The notes: generated by a model from the sequence alone, not told the origin. 64,000 bases of DNA from Hyphomicrobiales bacterium (GCA_041397675.1 JAWKWG010000012.1:2970-66969); one strand, 5' to 3'; numbered from the stretch's first letter, positions 8,646-21,375 are shown. Translations and numbers: made by a program.

Positions 8646-11233
8646 TCAATCGAGGCCGAGCGCTTTCTTGGCTTTCGCGGTGATCGACTGGCGCGTCTTG
8701 AAGAAGTCCTCCCAGGGATCGGACTTCAACCGCTTGAGCCGCGCCGGTAGCGTCTTGACGGTGTAAGGCGCGCCGCCCTTCAGTCCCTTGAGCTCATCCC
8801 AACGCAGCGGCGTCGCCACCGGCGCGCCTTCCTTGGCGCGCGTCGAGTAATTGCAAATAGCAGAGCTGCCCCGCTGGTTGCGGAGATAATCCACGAAAAC
8901 TTTGCCGACTCGCGTGCGCTTCAACGGGTTTGCTGTGTAGCGGTCTGGACGCGCCGTCACCAGCGCGTCGGCGATGGCCTTGGCGAACGCCTTGACCTCG
9001 TCCCACCCCGCTTTGGGCGTGAGCGGCGCCACCACGTGCACCCCCTTGCCGCCGGTCGCCTTGAGGAAACTCTTGAGACCGAGATCGCTGAGGAAGTCGC
9101 GCACCTCTTGTGCCGCGGCTTTCAACACCGCGACGTCGAGATCCTCGTCGGGGTCGAGGTCGAACACGAGGCGGTCCGGCTTGTCGAGATGCTTGAGCGA
9201 CACGCCCCAGTCGTGGATTTCGAGCGCGGAGATCTGCACCAACCCGAACAAACCATCGTCGTTGTCGATATAGAGATAGGGTTTCTTGGTCTCGCCGCCG
9301 GGAATCGGGATCTGCTTGATCGCCTTGCTCATGCCCTTCATGGCATGGCGCTGGAAGAATCGCTCGCCGTCGATCCCCTCTGGACAGCGTACGAGACTGA
9401 TCGGCCGCTTGCCCACGTAACGCAGCATCTCATCGGCCACCGCCTCGTAGTAGCGCGCGATGTCGAGTTTGGTGAGCCCGGCCTCCGGGTAGAGCACCTT
9501 GTCGGGGCTCGTCAGCGGGACGCTGCCGAAGCTCACGTCGCTCACCTTGGCAGTCTTGGTCGCCTTGGCCATGTCGGCCTCCTCAACGTCTTCTATCTCG
9601 CGGGTCACGGCGCGGGCCGGCTTGTCCTCGCGCAATCCTTGGAAACTCGGGTGCCTCAGGCGCCCATCCCGCGTCCATTCGGTGTAGTTGACCGCGCACA
9701 CGAGTTCAGGCGCGAGCCATACCGCATCCTTGCGCTCGGGCGGCGGTACCGCCTCGAACGTCGAGGATTTGCGGATGAGCGGCTTGAATCGCTCCGACAG
9801 CGTGCGAAACAAGGCCGCGTTGAAGCCGGTGCCGACCTTGCCTGCGTAGATCAGCTTGCCGCCATCGAACGTGCCGAGCAGAAGCGAGGAGAAGGGCTTA
9901 CCTCGCACATCTGATTTCGAATAGCCGCCGATCACGAACTCCTGCGATTTGATGCATTTGATCTTGCGCCAGTCTTTGCCGCGCCCTGAGCGGTACGGCG
10001 CGTCGGTCTTCTTCGACATGATGCCTTCGAGCGCCGCGGCCGACGCCTGGTCGTAGAACGCTTGGCCCGAGCCGACGACGTGGTCCGAATAGATGAGAAA
10101 GTCCGACACGCCTTTTGCCGCCATGATCTCGTGCAGCTTTGCTTTGCGCTTGAGGAGCGGCGTCTTCCGCAGGTCCTTGCCGTCGAGGAACAGGAGATCG
10201 AATGCGAAATAGCGAATGGCGGGATCGGGTGAATCGATATTGTCTTGCAGCGATTTGAAATCGGTGAGTCCTGACGGCAGCACGTAAGCCGCTTCGCCGT
10301 CGATCAGCGCGGTCTCGCAAGGAAGCGTCAGGATTGCTTTGGCGATCGCCGGAAACCGGACCGTCCAGTCGAGGCCGCTCCGGCTGAACAAGGTGACTTC
10401 GTCGCCGGCTTTGCGCGCTTCGATGCGATAGCCGTCGTATTTCAGTTCGTGCAGCCAGCCGTCGCCATGCGGCACCTCTTTATCGAGGGTGGCAAGCTCA
10501 GGTTCGACGAACGCCGGCGCTACGACTTTTCGCCGCGTTTTGCTTTTGGCTTGGCTTTTGCCTTTGGCTTGCGCTTTGTTGTTACTGCGCGCTTGCGTTT
10601 TGGAGTTTTTTTTTGAGCCTTGGCCTTCGAGCTCCACACGGCCGAATCGGCGCCCGTCTCGATCTGGTCCATGGTACGGCCGGTCTTGACGCTCGTATCG
10701 AAGTCCTCGGTCGGCTCCTCGCCGTCGCCCGCGTAGGCGTCGCGCTTTTTGATCAGAAGCCAGTTCTCGCGCTTGCCGCCGGTGCGGTCCTTCTTCATGC
10801 GGACCAGCACCCAGTCGCCTTTGAGGCGCTTGCCGTGCAGGCGGAACTTGAGATCGCCCTTCTTGAGGCCTTCGTCGGGATCGCCGATCGGCTCCCACGT
10901 GCCCTCGTCCCAGATCATCACCGGGCCGCCGCCATACTCGCCTTTGGGGATTACGCCTTCGAAGCCGCCATATTCCAGCGGGTGATCCTCGGTCCGGACG
11001 GCGAGACGCTTTTGGCCGGGATCGAGGCTCGGCCCCCGCGTGACGGCCCAGCTCTTCAGCACGCCATCATGCTCGAGCCTGAAATCGAAATGGGTGCGCC
11101 GCGCCGCGTGCTTCTGGATGACGTAGCGATTGCCGTTCTTGCGCGCGCGGCTGGGGCCTGGTTCGGGCGTCTTCTTGAAGTCGCGCTTCGACTTGTACTC
11201 GGCGAGCAGGTCCTCGCCACGCGCCCGCGCCAT
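8646..11233 (-). CDS. ligD: NHEJ DNA ligase D (PE-LIG-POL), split by a frameshift at or near an A9 run (10606-10614)
   Basis: PE: YVIQKHAARRTHFDFRLE, LAVRTEDHP; LIG: ELKYDGYR, EGIMSK; POL: PDRLVFDLDP, TGGKGVH, DYLRN. Confidence 0.95.
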
Positions 11234-11236
11234 GGC

Positions 11237-12100
11237 TTAGGCCGACTTCCGCTTCGGGCTCCGCGCCGTCTTCTTGCTGCGGGAGGATGAAGCTTTCTTG
11301 CCCGTCGACTTCGCCGACGAGCCTTTGCCTTGCTGCACGCTCTTCTTCAGGGCGTCCATGATGTTGATGATCTTGGCGCCGCCGGGTTCTTCGGTGACGA
11401 TGTCCGGCGCGCGATTTTCGAGCTTGGCGTGGATCAGCTCCCACACCGCTTCGGAATATTCGTCCTTGAACTGCTGCGGCTCGAACTTGCCGGACTTGCG
11501 AGAGACCAGCTCCTTGGCGAGATCGAGCGCTTCCTTGTCTACCTTGACGCTGCCGATCTCTTTGAACAACGCGTCCGCCGAACGAATCTCGTTGGCGTGG
11601 CGCAGCACTTCGAGCAAGAGACCTTTTTCGAACGGCTTGATGGCGACGATGTTGCCGTGGCCGCGCAGAATGAATTGGCCGACGCCGATCTTCTTCGTCT
11701 CTTTGAGCGCGCGCTGAAGCAGGACATAGCCTTCGTCGGCCATGTCGCCATCGGGCATGAGGTAATAGGGCGTCTGGAAATAACGCGGATCGATCGCGTC
11801 CTCGTCGACGAAGCGGGCGAGATCGATGGTCTGCTTCGACTCCAGCTTCAGCTCGTCGATCTCTTTGGGATCGATCAGGACATACTTGCCCTTCTCGTAC
11901 TCGTAGCCCTTGGTGATCTCCTCGTTCTCGACGGGGCCGACGCCCGGCGCGATCTTCTGATAGCGGATGCGTTTGCCCGACGGCTCATGGATCTGGTGGA
12001 AGGCGATCGACTTCTCCGCCGTCGTCGCGGGGTAGAGCCTGACCGGAATGTTGACCAGCGACAGCCGTAAATGACCGGTCCAAAAAGCGCGGGGTGCCAT
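11237..12100 (-). CDS. ku: NHEJ Ku protein
   Basis: MAPRAFWTGHLRLSLVNIPV, KGYEYEKG, F.DEY, IINIMDALKKS, basic tail; AAGGAG RBS. Confidence 0.96.
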   Translation of the reverse strand: MAPRAFWTGHLRLSLVNIPVRLYPATTAEKSIAFHQIHEPSGKRIRYQKIAPGVGPVENEEITKGYEYEKGKYVLIDPKEIDELKLESKQTIDLARFVDEDAIDPRYFQTPYYLMPDGDMADEGYVLLQRALKETKKIGVGQFILRGHGNIVAIKPFEKGLLLEVLRHANEIRSADALFKEIGSVKVDKEALDLAKELVSRKSGKFEPQQFKDEYSEAVWELIHAKLENRAPDIVTEEPGGAKIINIMDALKKSVQQGKGSSAKSTGKKASSSRSKKTARSPKRKSA

Positions 12101-12169
12101 GCGCCTTACTCCTTGAAAAAACACGTCAAACCCGCCTGGGCGCACCTGAGGCGCAGGCCCAGCAGGACA

Positions 12170-12194
12170 AACTGCGCTCAAGCCCATGAGTTCC
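12170..12194 (-). promoter_or_regulatory. Putative EcfG/RpoE2 (general stress sigma) promoter of ku-ligD
   Basis: GGAAC-N16-AGTT on the minus strand about 70 nt upstream of ku; matches the GGAAC-N16/17-xGTT consensus. Confidence 0.65.
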
Positions 12195-12218
12195 TGGCGG
12201 AATTCCGGGGCCCGAGGC

Positions 12219-13493
12219 TCACATGCCTATCTTATAACCATTTTCGTTAAGCATACGTTCGAGCGCTTCCGGGAATGTGATCCTGGTCGTCTCACCCAGG
12301 CACTCGCCGTTCTCGTCGACATCGTGCTCGCAAATGTCGAGCCCCCAGTCCGACGCGCGATCGTAATATTTGAGCATCAGCTCCCAGGCCTGCCGGCCTT
12401 CGCCGAGCCTGATCTTCTCCCCCACATAACCGGCCAGGAACCCGTTCACGTCCTCCTCGGGCACGCCGACGATCATGTTCTTGAGCCACGCGGCATGCGC
12501 CGGCTTGAAGCGGGGATCGTTGCTCACATCCTCGATCTTGCCGTCCTTGAGCGCGAGCACCTGAAGCGGCGCCTCCGAGCACGCGTAGCAAGCGAACGCA
12601 TAGAGGAACGCGTTGTCGCGCGTTTCGAACTCGTAGGCGCCGTCGCCGTCGAGATCGATCGCAAGCATGGGACCGCCGTCGAACTCGCCGACATCGATCG
12701 TCGTCCATTCGGAACCGTCGGCATTGCTGGTGATGACGCTCGTCTGCGAGCAGCAATGCGCACCGCCGCTGTAGAACGACACGACAACTTCCGGATAGGG
12801 ATTGCTGGGATCGAGCTCGGCGATCTGTATGCTCACCGGCGGATCGCCGAAGCCCGCGCTGTCACCTTGCAGCTTGGCCACGACGCGCGGTCCTGCGGGC
12901 TGAGGCTCGGCTGCGGCCTCGGAATCTCCTTCGGCGACCTCACCGGCCTCGACATCCGCGGCCGGGTTATCGCCCGTCGCGCCATCGGGGGCAGACGCGT
13001 CCTCGGCGCCGTCGACTGGCGGCGCCGGCGGGTTGGGATCGTCGAAATAGACAGTAACCACCGGCGCGCGCCACACCTGCTCGCCGACGCCCACCTCATC
13101 CGGCAGGATCGCTTCCTCCGGGACCTCTTCCGCGAGCTCGTCCGGGCCCACCTCGTCAGGCCCGACCTCCGCCGCAGCACCCTCATCCTCCGGCGAGCCC
13201 TCGCTCGGGGGTGCCGGCTCCTCCTCCTGCGGCTCTTCCTCCACGTAGGTGAGCGTCACGCGTAAGGGTCCTTGCGAGATCTCCTCCTCGAGCGGCGGCA
13301 GACCTTCCTCGCCGCCGCCGACCACGATCTTGGGCGAGGCATCTTGGAGGCCGATCTCGGGCGCCTCGAGATATTTGCCATCGGCCGCCTTCACGGCCGC
13401 GCCGAGGCTGGGCTCCGCGGACCAAGCGGGCGTCGCCGCCGTCAAGCCAACCGTCAATGTAAGGAGAAGGAGGGAATAGACCGCTACGCGCAT
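12219..13493 (-). CDS. Secreted acidic hypothetical protein with SGGAHCC motif
   Basis: Signal peptide; Glu/Pro-rich inserts; YSGGAHCC, DLDGDG and FACYACS motifs. Confidence 0.75.
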   Translation of the reverse strand: MRVAVYSLLLLTLTVGLTAATPAWSAEPSLGAAVKAADGKYLEAPEIGLQDASPKIVVGGGEEGLPPLEEEISQGPLRVTLTYVEEEPQEEEPAPPSEGSPEDEGAAAEVGPDEVGPDELAEEVPEEAILPDEVGVGEQVWRAPVVTVYFDDPNPPAPPVDGAEDASAPDGATGDNPAADVEAGEVAEGDSEAAAEPQPAGPRVVAKLQGDSAGFGDPPVSIQIAELDPSNPYPEVVVSFYSGGAHCCSQTSVITSNADGSEWTTIDVGEFDGGPMLAIDLDGDGAYEFETRDNAFLYAFACYACSEAPLQVLALKDGKIEDVSNDPRFKPAHAAWLKNMIVGVPEEDVNGFLAGYVGEKIRLGEGRQAWELMLKYYDRASDWGLDICEHDVDENGECLGETTRITFPEALERMLNENGYKIGM

Positions 13494-13685
13494 ACAAGTC
13501 TCTCTAGATGCATCGAAATTTCACCCTCTTGGGACACCCTACCGCGCCGCCCGGCTTGGCCTCAAATCCTCGACCGCGAGACGGTTACCGGTGCGAAGAC
13601 GGCACCCGCTCGCGCGCCATGTGGTAGGTCAAGGGTGGCCGGCAAGATCGGTGATTTGAAGCCCTGAAAGTGGCATTGAAGGGAC

Positions 13686-14579
13686 ATGAACCAGAGCGAC
13701 CAGAGCTCCGAGCCGAAGCCGCCCGCCCCGGCCGCGGTCATCACCGGCGCGACCCAAGGGATTGGCCTGGCGCTTGCCGAGGAGTTCGCCAAAAACGGCC
13801 ACACGCTTCTGATCGTCGCGCGTAACGAGGAGCGGCTCGCCGAAGCCGCAGCCAAGCTCGCGGCGGCGTATCGAGTCGCGGTCCACTACGTGGCCTGCGA
13901 TCTGTCGACGCGGGACGGCTGCGACCGTGTGGCTGAGGTGCTTCATGAGCACAGCCTCTATTGCCAGTCGCTCGTCAACAACGCAGCGATCATGACGGCA
14001 GGGTTCTTCCAGGATCAGGACCCGGCGATGCTGCTCCGCCTCGTCGACCTCAACGTCCGCGCGGTCGTCGATCTGACGCGCCGGTTCCTCCCCGACATGC
14101 TGGCGCGCGGCGAAGGCGGCGTGCTCAACGTCTCGTCGGTCGAAGGCTTCATGCCGGTGCCATATCAAGCGACCTACGCCGCCACCAAGGCCTTCATCAT
14201 CTCGCTCAGCCGCGCGCTCGCCTACGAGGTCATGGGCACCGGTGTGCGCGTCTGCACCGTGGCGCCCGGTCCGATCGCGACCGAGATGCACGAGAAGGCC
14301 GGCGCCGAATACTCACGCTATGTCCTCTACCTGCCGGTGATGACACCGCAGCAATTGGCGGAAGCCGCCTATCGCCGATTCATGCGCGGCAATTGGGTCA
14401 TCATCGAGGGTCTCGTGAACCGGCTGATCGCGCTCATCGTCCGGTTCGTGCCGGGTTTCTTCCTGATTCCCGCCGTTGGCTGGTTCTTCCGCGTGCGCGA
14501 CGCGCAAGGCAATTTGCAGGAGCCCAAGCCTCTGCCGAAGCCTGACGGTGCGCGTCAGCGCCCGGCCTCAAAGTCCTAG
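13686..14579 (+). CDS. Short-chain dehydrogenase/reductase (SDR)
   Basis: [24 protein letters not shown]. Confidence 0.92.
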   Translation: MNQSDQSSEPKPPAPAAVITGATQGIGLALAEEFAKNGHTLLIVARNEERLAEAAAKLAAAYRVAVHYVACDLSTRDGCDRVAEVLHEHSLYCQSLVNNAAIMTAGFFQDQDPAMLLRLVDLNVRAVVDLTRRFLPDMLARGEGGVLNVSSVEGFMPVPYQATYAATKAFIISLSRALAYEVMGTGVRVCTVAPGPIATEMHEKAGAEYSRYVLYLPVMTPQQLAEAAYRRFMRGNWVIIEGLVNRLIALIVRFVPGFFLIPAVGWFFRVRDAQGNLQEPKPLPKPDGARQRPASKS

Positions 14580-14600
14580 TGTCTTCAGCGATGCGGGGGA

Positions 14601-14676
14601 TGGTGGAGCCGAGGGGAATCGAACCCCTGACCTCAGCAGTGCGATTGCTGCGCTCTCCCAACTGAGCTACGGCCCC
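14601..14676 (-). tRNA. tRNA-Ala(CGC)
   Basis: GGGGCCGTAGCTCAGTTGGGAGAGC..CAGCA-ATCGCAC-TGCTG..GGTTCGATTCC..CTCCACCA; 76 nt with encoded CCA and G3-U70 pair. Confidence 0.96.
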
Positions 14677-14688
14677 AAGCAGGACAGG

Positions 14689-14718
14689 CATTTAGGGAAC
14701 GCCCTCCACCCCTGTCAA
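14689..14718 (-). promoter_or_regulatory. Putative sigma70 promoter of tRNA-Ala
   Basis: TTGACA-N18-TAAATG directly upstream of the tRNA. Confidence 0.55.
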
Positions 14719-14829
14719 GCGAGGCGCCCGGCCAGGCGCGGCATTCCGCGGCCGCCTTCGCCCAAGGGCTTGCCCTTGGCGGTGCCTGTCCGCTACATGG
14801 ACGCAAGCCCGCGCCGGGGGAGGTCATTC

Positions 14830-15123
14830 ATGGTTCCTTTGATCGGATTCATCGTTCTCATCATCGACCTCTATATCTGGGTCATCATTGCCGGCGCGAT
14901 CCTAAGCTGGCTGATCGCCTTCAACGTGGTCAACACGTCAAATCGGTTCGTCTACACCATCGCCGACATGCTCTATCGGGTGACGGAGCCGGCGCTCAGG
15001 CCAATCCGCAGTATTATCCCCAATCTCGGCGGCATCGACATCTCGCCGGTGATCCTCATTCTGGTCCTGCTGTTCTTCCGCGACGTCGTGCTGCTCGGCT
15101 GGATCTTGCCGGCCTTCGTCTAG
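14830..15123 (+). CDS. yggT: YggT family membrane protein
   Basis: [29 protein letters not shown]. Confidence 0.92.
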   Translation: MVPLIGFIVLIIDLYIWVIIAGAILSWLIAFNVVNTSNRFVYTIADMLYRVTEPALRPIRSIIPNLGGIDISPVILILVLLFFRDVVLLGWILPAFV

Positions 15124-15453
15124 GTGAGCGGCGCGACCGGAAGCCTCAACATCCGCCAAAGCGCGATGGGCGTGCTCGTGCCCGTGCGGCTCACGCCGAA
15201 ATCGGCGCGTGACGAGATTGCGGGCGTGGAGGATTTTGGCGGTGAGAGCGTCCTGAAGGCGCGCGTGCGCGCCGTGCCTGAGGACGGTCGCGCCAACGCG
15301 GCGCTCGAAAAGCTCATCGCCAAATGGCTTGGGCTCCCGCCATCGAGCGTCGAGGTCGTGCAGGGCGCCAAGTCGCGCCTCAAGCAGGTGGCAATCGAGG
15401 GCAACGGCCTTGCGCTTGCGGCGCTGATCGCCGAGCGTCTCGCGTCGCTCTAG
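15124..15453 (+). CDS. DUF167/YggU family protein
   Basis: VRLTPKS, VRAVPEDGRAN, GAKSRLK; follows yggT. Confidence 0.9.
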   Translation: MSGATGSLNIRQSAMGVLVPVRLTPKSARDEIAGVEDFGGESVLKARVRAVPEDGRANAALEKLIAKWLGLPPSSVEVVQGAKSRLKQVAIEGNGLALAALIAERLASL

Positions 15454-16145
15454 CGCGACGCTGACGCAATCTCCGCGGCGATCTTTTCGGCTGCGGCGCG
15501 GGGATCTTTGGCGCGGGTGATGGGCCGTCCGATCACCAGATAGTCGGCGCCGGCTTCCACCGCGCTTTTCGGTGTCACCACGCGGGTCTGATCTTGGGGA
15601 TCGGACCCTTTGGAGCGAATACCCGGCGTGACGATCAAGAAGTTGCGCAAACGCTCGCGAAGCGCTGCGGCCTCTTTTCCGGAGGCGACGATACCGTCGA
15701 AGCCTGCGTCTTGCGCCAGCCGTGCTCGCTCTTGGACCAGCGCGAGCGGCGGCATCTCGATGCCCTGCTGCGAGAGATCGCTGCGGTCGAGATTGGTCAG
15801 CACCGTCACGCCGAGAAGCTTGAGGTCACTGTCACCGCGCCCGCGTACCGCCGCGTCAAGCGTCTTGCGGTCGGTGGCATGCACTGTGAGGAACGCCGCA
15901 CCGGTCTTGGCGATCGCCTTCGTCGCCCGCTCCACGGTCGCTTCGATGTCGAGCAGCTTGGCGTCGAGAAACACGCGCTGGCCGTCGTCCGCGAGTTCTT
16001 TCGCAAGTGCAATTCCTCCGGCGAACAACAGCTCCAGTCCGATCTTGTAGATGCCGACGCTGTCGCCGAGCGCCTGGATCAGCTTCCGCGCGTCGTCGGG
16101 ATGCGACACATCGAGGGCGACGATGATGCGATCGTTCGGTCTCAT
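15450..16145 (-). CDS. pyrF: Orotidine-5'-phosphate decarboxylase
   Basis: IVALD, KIGLEL, FLDAKLLDI, VTVLT, VTPGIR, DQTR, VIGRPI. Confidence 0.96.
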   Translation of the reverse strand: MRPNDRIIVALDVSHPDDARKLIQALGDSVGIYKIGLELLFAGGIALAKELADDGQRVFLDAKLLDIEATVERATKAIAKTGAAFLTVHATDRKTLDAAVRGRGDSDLKLLGVTVLTNLDRSDLSQQGIEMPPLALVQERARLAQDAGFDGIVASGKEAAALRERLRNFLIVTPGIRSKGSDPQDQTRVVTPKSAVEAGADYLVIGRPITRAKDPRAAAEKIAAEIASASR

Positions 16146-16717
16146 GAGGCGAACTTCCTGGCTGCGACGGCAAGCGCCTCCACCACGCGGCTGAGCAGGA
16201 CTTGCTGACCCTCGTCCTTGAGGCTGCCGTCGTCTTCGAAGGCGTTCATGGCGCGCGGTAGCGCCAATTGCTGCGGAATGACAGTCGCACCGAGACCGAC
16301 TGCAAGGATCTGGCGCAAAGTTAGCAAGCTCCGCATGGCGCCATAATAGCCCGGCGACGCGCCTGAGATAGCGAATGGACGCGTTCTGAAGACTTCGATG
16401 CCGGACTCGCCATTGAGCTTGACCCGCGACACCCAATCGAGCGTGTTCTTGAGCAACGGTGTCACGGACGAATTGTACTCAGGTGAGGCAATGAACACGC
16501 CATCATATTCGTCTAATAGCGCGGCGAAAGCGCGGGCTCGCTCGGGTGGTCCCTCCGTAGCCTCCAGATCGCCGTTATAGATCGGCATTGGATAGTCCGA
16601 GAGATCGACGAACACCGCTTCAATGCCGTTGGCGGCGGCGATGTCATGCGCGAGATGCGCAAGCTTCTTGTTGAACGAGCCCTTCCGGGTGCTTCCCGCA
16701 AAAAACAACAGCCGCAT
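16142..16717 (-). CDS. NADPH-dependent FMN reductase
   Basis: GSTRKGSFN, ASPEYNSS, LKNTLDWVSR. Confidence 0.92.
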   Translation of the reverse strand: MRLLFFAGSTRKGSFNKKLAHLAHDIAAANGIEAVFVDLSDYPMPIYNGDLEATEGPPERARAFAALLDEYDGVFIASPEYNSSVTPLLKNTLDWVSRVKLNGESGIEVFRTRPFAISGASPGYYGAMRSLLTLRQILAVGLGATVIPQQLALPRAMNAFEDDGSLKDEGQQVLLSRVVEALAVAARKFAS

Positions 16718-16729
16718 CCAGAACTCCTG

Positions 16730-17833
16730 CTAGCTCTTCGACGTGTTCTGCGCGTCATCTTCGCTGATACTGAACACGTGGCGCAATGGCACGGTCGCGG
16801 CGGCTGCCAGCGGCGTGGCGAGCGCCAGGCCGAGCAATCCGAACACGGCGCCGAATATCAGCTGGTTCAGGATCACGACCGCGGGCGGCATGGACACCGC
16901 GCGGGCCTGAATGAGCGGCGTCAGCAGATAGCTCTCGAGAAACTGGACGCAGCAATAGAGACCAAGCGCCCACAGGGCGAGATTGAAGCTCTGTCCGCCC
17001 GCGACGAGAATGATGGGGATCGCGCCGATGATCGGACCGAGATAAGGCAGGAAGCACGCGAAGCCGGCAAACACGGCGAGCACGAACGCGATCGGCACGC
17101 CGAGGATCAGAAGGCCGATATAGGTGAAGCCGCCGATCACGCTCATGGTGATCGATTGCCCGATGAGCCACCGCCGCAACAGGTCGCCGGTCTCATACAT
17201 CAGGTCGAGCGCGGTCTGGCGCTTGTCTTCGGGCACAAGCCGCGCCGCGAGATTGACGTAAGTGTGCGGGTCCGCGGCGAGATAGACGCCGAAGAACACC
17301 ACGATCAGCCCGGCGCTGAACAAGCCAAAGATCGACACCGCAACCGAGGTCGCGCCGGTGGCGATGCCCCACTGGCTCATGAAGTTGCCGAGAAGCTGGA
17401 CCAAATCGATATTCTCGAGGAAGGCCGTTCGATCGGCGGCCGCCTCGATACGCGTTGTCAGCGCAATGGCGCCGGCGGCGATGCTCTGCGCGAGCTGGGC
17501 GGCCTGACGGACGAGCGTTGGTCCTGCCGTCCAGGCCGCGAGCGCAAGGCCAGCTATGATGGCCACCGTGACGAGCGTGAGCATCAACATGCGCGGCAAG
17601 TCGGTGAACTTCGCGAGCTCGCGGCTTGCGCCGTAGAGCACGATGGCGAGCAGGATGCCGGCAAAGGTGAGGAGGATCGCGGTCTGCGCGTACCACAGCG
17701 CAAACGCTAGCGCGATCACGGCGATCGCGCCCGCCGTCATGCGGACGGCTCGAGCAAAATCGATGGGCTCGCGAAACGGAAGCGGCTTCGTCTGTTTGGA
17801 CTTGCTATCGCGCAAGGCGGGCTCGGCGGGCAT
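16730..17833 (-). CDS. AI-2E (PerM) family transporter
   Basis: Multi-TM; FLPYLGP, QFLESYLLTP, GLALATPL. Confidence 0.9.
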   Translation of the reverse strand: MPAEPALRDSKSKQTKPLPFREPIDFARAVRMTAGAIAVIALAFALWYAQTAILLTFAGILLAIVLYGASRELAKFTDLPRMLMLTLVTVAIIAGLALAAWTAGPTLVRQAAQLAQSIAAGAIALTTRIEAAADRTAFLENIDLVQLLGNFMSQWGIATGATSVAVSIFGLFSAGLIVVFFGVYLAADPHTYVNLAARLVPEDKRQTALDLMYETGDLLRRWLIGQSITMSVIGGFTYIGLLILGVPIAFVLAVFAGFACFLPYLGPIIGAIPIILVAGGQSFNLALWALGLYCCVQFLESYLLTPLIQARAVSMPPAVVILNQLIFGAVFGLLGLALATPLAAAATVPLRHVFSISEDDAQNTSKS

Positions 17834-17939
17834 GGCGGTCTCGCTTAGCAGGCCGCGCAAAGGACGACGCGAGAATAGGCGCGGGAAAATGGAATCGTCC
17901 CGGCAATCCTACGTCAAAGTCGGTGGGGAAGGGTAGGCG

Positions 17940-19082
17940 CTACTCGCCAATCCCGTCGAAGAATTCCTTCACCCGGGCGAAAAATCCAGCCGACGCCGGG
18001 CTCGTGTCCGGATTCGACGCCTCTTCGAAGGCCTTCAACAGGTCGCGCTGCTTGCGCGAGAGATTCTTGGGTGTCTCGACCTCGACCTGGATGTACAGGT
18101 CGCCTTGCTGCTTGGAGCGCAGCACCGGCATGCCCTTGGCTTTGAGGCGGAACTGCTTGCCGCTCTCGGTGCCTTCCGGCACCTTCACCCGGCTCCTGCC
18201 GCCGTCGATGGTCGGCACCTCGATCTGACCGCCGAGCGACGCGGTGGTCATGGCGATCGGCACGCGGCAGAACAGGTCGGCGCCGTCACGCTGGAAGAAC
18301 TCGTGCGGCTTGATCGACAAGAAGATGTAGAGGTCGCCGGGCGGACCGCCGCGCAATCCCGCCTCGCCTTCGCCGGCAAGCCTGATGCGCGTGCCGTCCT
18401 CGACGCCCACGGGGATGGTGACGGACAACGTGCGCTCGCGGGTGACGCGGCCCGCGCCGTTGCACGACGGACATGGTGTTTCGATGATCTCGCCGCGTCC
18501 CTGACACGACGGACACGTGCGCTCAATGGTGAAGAAGCCTTGGCTCGCGCGCACCTTGCCGACGCCACTACACGTGCGGCACGAAGTAGGCGACGTGCCG
18601 GCCTTGGCGCCCGACCCCGAGCAGGCATCGCAGGTGACGGAGGTGGGTACGCGGATCTGCGCGGTCTTGCCGGTGTAGGCCTCGGAAAGGGTGATCTCCA
18701 TGTTGTACCGGAGATCGGCGCCCCGCTCGCGCGCGGAGCGCTGTCGCGGCCGGCGCTGGCCCATGAACTCGCCGAATAGATCGTCGAACATCGCCGACAT
18801 CGACGCCGAGAAATCGGTGCCGAAGCCTGGATGACCTGCGCCACCCATGCCGCCGTCGAATGCGGAATGGCCGAAGCGGTCGTAGGCTGCGCGGCGCTGC
18901 GGATCCTTCAGCGCCTCGTAGGCTTCGTTCACTTCCTTGAACCGCGTCTCTGCGGTGGGGTCGCCATTACAGCGGTCGGGATGGCACTCTTTGGCAAGAC
19001 GGCGGAAAGCAGACTTGATGTCGCCATCGCTGGCGCTTCTCTGCACTCCAAGTACGTCGTAGTAGCACCGTTTTGCCATCAC
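17940..19082 (-). CDS. dnaJ: Chaperone DnaJ
   Basis: HPD J-domain, G/F region, four CxxCxGxG repeats. Confidence 0.98.
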   Translation of the reverse strand: MMAKRCYYDVLGVQRSASDGDIKSAFRRLAKECHPDRCNGDPTAETRFKEVNEAYEALKDPQRRAAYDRFGHSAFDGGMGGAGHPGFGTDFSASMSAMFDDLFGEFMGQRRPRQRSARERGADLRYNMEITLSEAYTGKTAQIRVPTSVTCDACSGSGAKAGTSPTSCRTCSGVGKVRASQGFFTIERTCPSCQGRGEIIETPCPSCNGAGRVTRERTLSVTIPVGVEDGTRIRLAGEGEAGLRGGPPGDLYIFLSIKPHEFFQRDGADLFCRVPIAMTTASLGGQIEVPTIDGGRSRVKVPEGTESGKQFRLKAKGMPVLRSKQQGDLYIQVEVETPKNLSRKQRDLLKAFEEASNPDTSPASAGFFARVKEFFDGIGE

Positions 19083-19144
19083 CCCTCCGGACTTTCACGC
19101 CCGCCGTCCCTGATCGGCGGCGTCCAAGCCTCTTGTTGGGCGTT

Positions 19145-19170
19145 GCGGAACTCTCTTGCGAGAGCTCCGC
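19145..19170 (-). other. Stable intercistronic hairpin (GCAA tetraloop) after the dnaK stop
   Basis: GCGGAGCTCTC-GCAA-GAGAGTTCCGC, 11-bp stem with one G-U pair; no U-tract. Confidence 0.6.
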
Positions 19171-19184
19171 GCCATTGGTTTCCG

Positions 19185-21109
<1,925 letters not shown>

Positions 21110-21253
21110 TACAAGCCTCTCTTTCTGGCAAACCGTCCGGGCCCTGGATCGGCACCCTGGATCACTGCGCGCCCCGCATCGTCGACTGGCGCGGGTTCGG
21201 TCCCCACAACATAGCCATAACTGCCGGACGGAATCCGGCAGTGCTCCGCGCTT

Positions 21254-21282
21254 ATATAGGTGGCAACCCTATGGCCCGCAAG
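21254..21282 (-). promoter_or_regulatory. RpoH (sigma32)-type promoter of dnaK
   Basis: CTTG-N18-CCTATAT, the alphaproteobacterial RpoH consensus. Confidence 0.8.
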
Positions 21283-21375
21283 GAGATGCGGGCTCTCCGT
21301 CGGGCTCCAAAGCGACGCGTAACCCCTCGTAAGCCATGAGCGGGGCATTTTTCGTCGCGACCCTGAAGATGTGCA

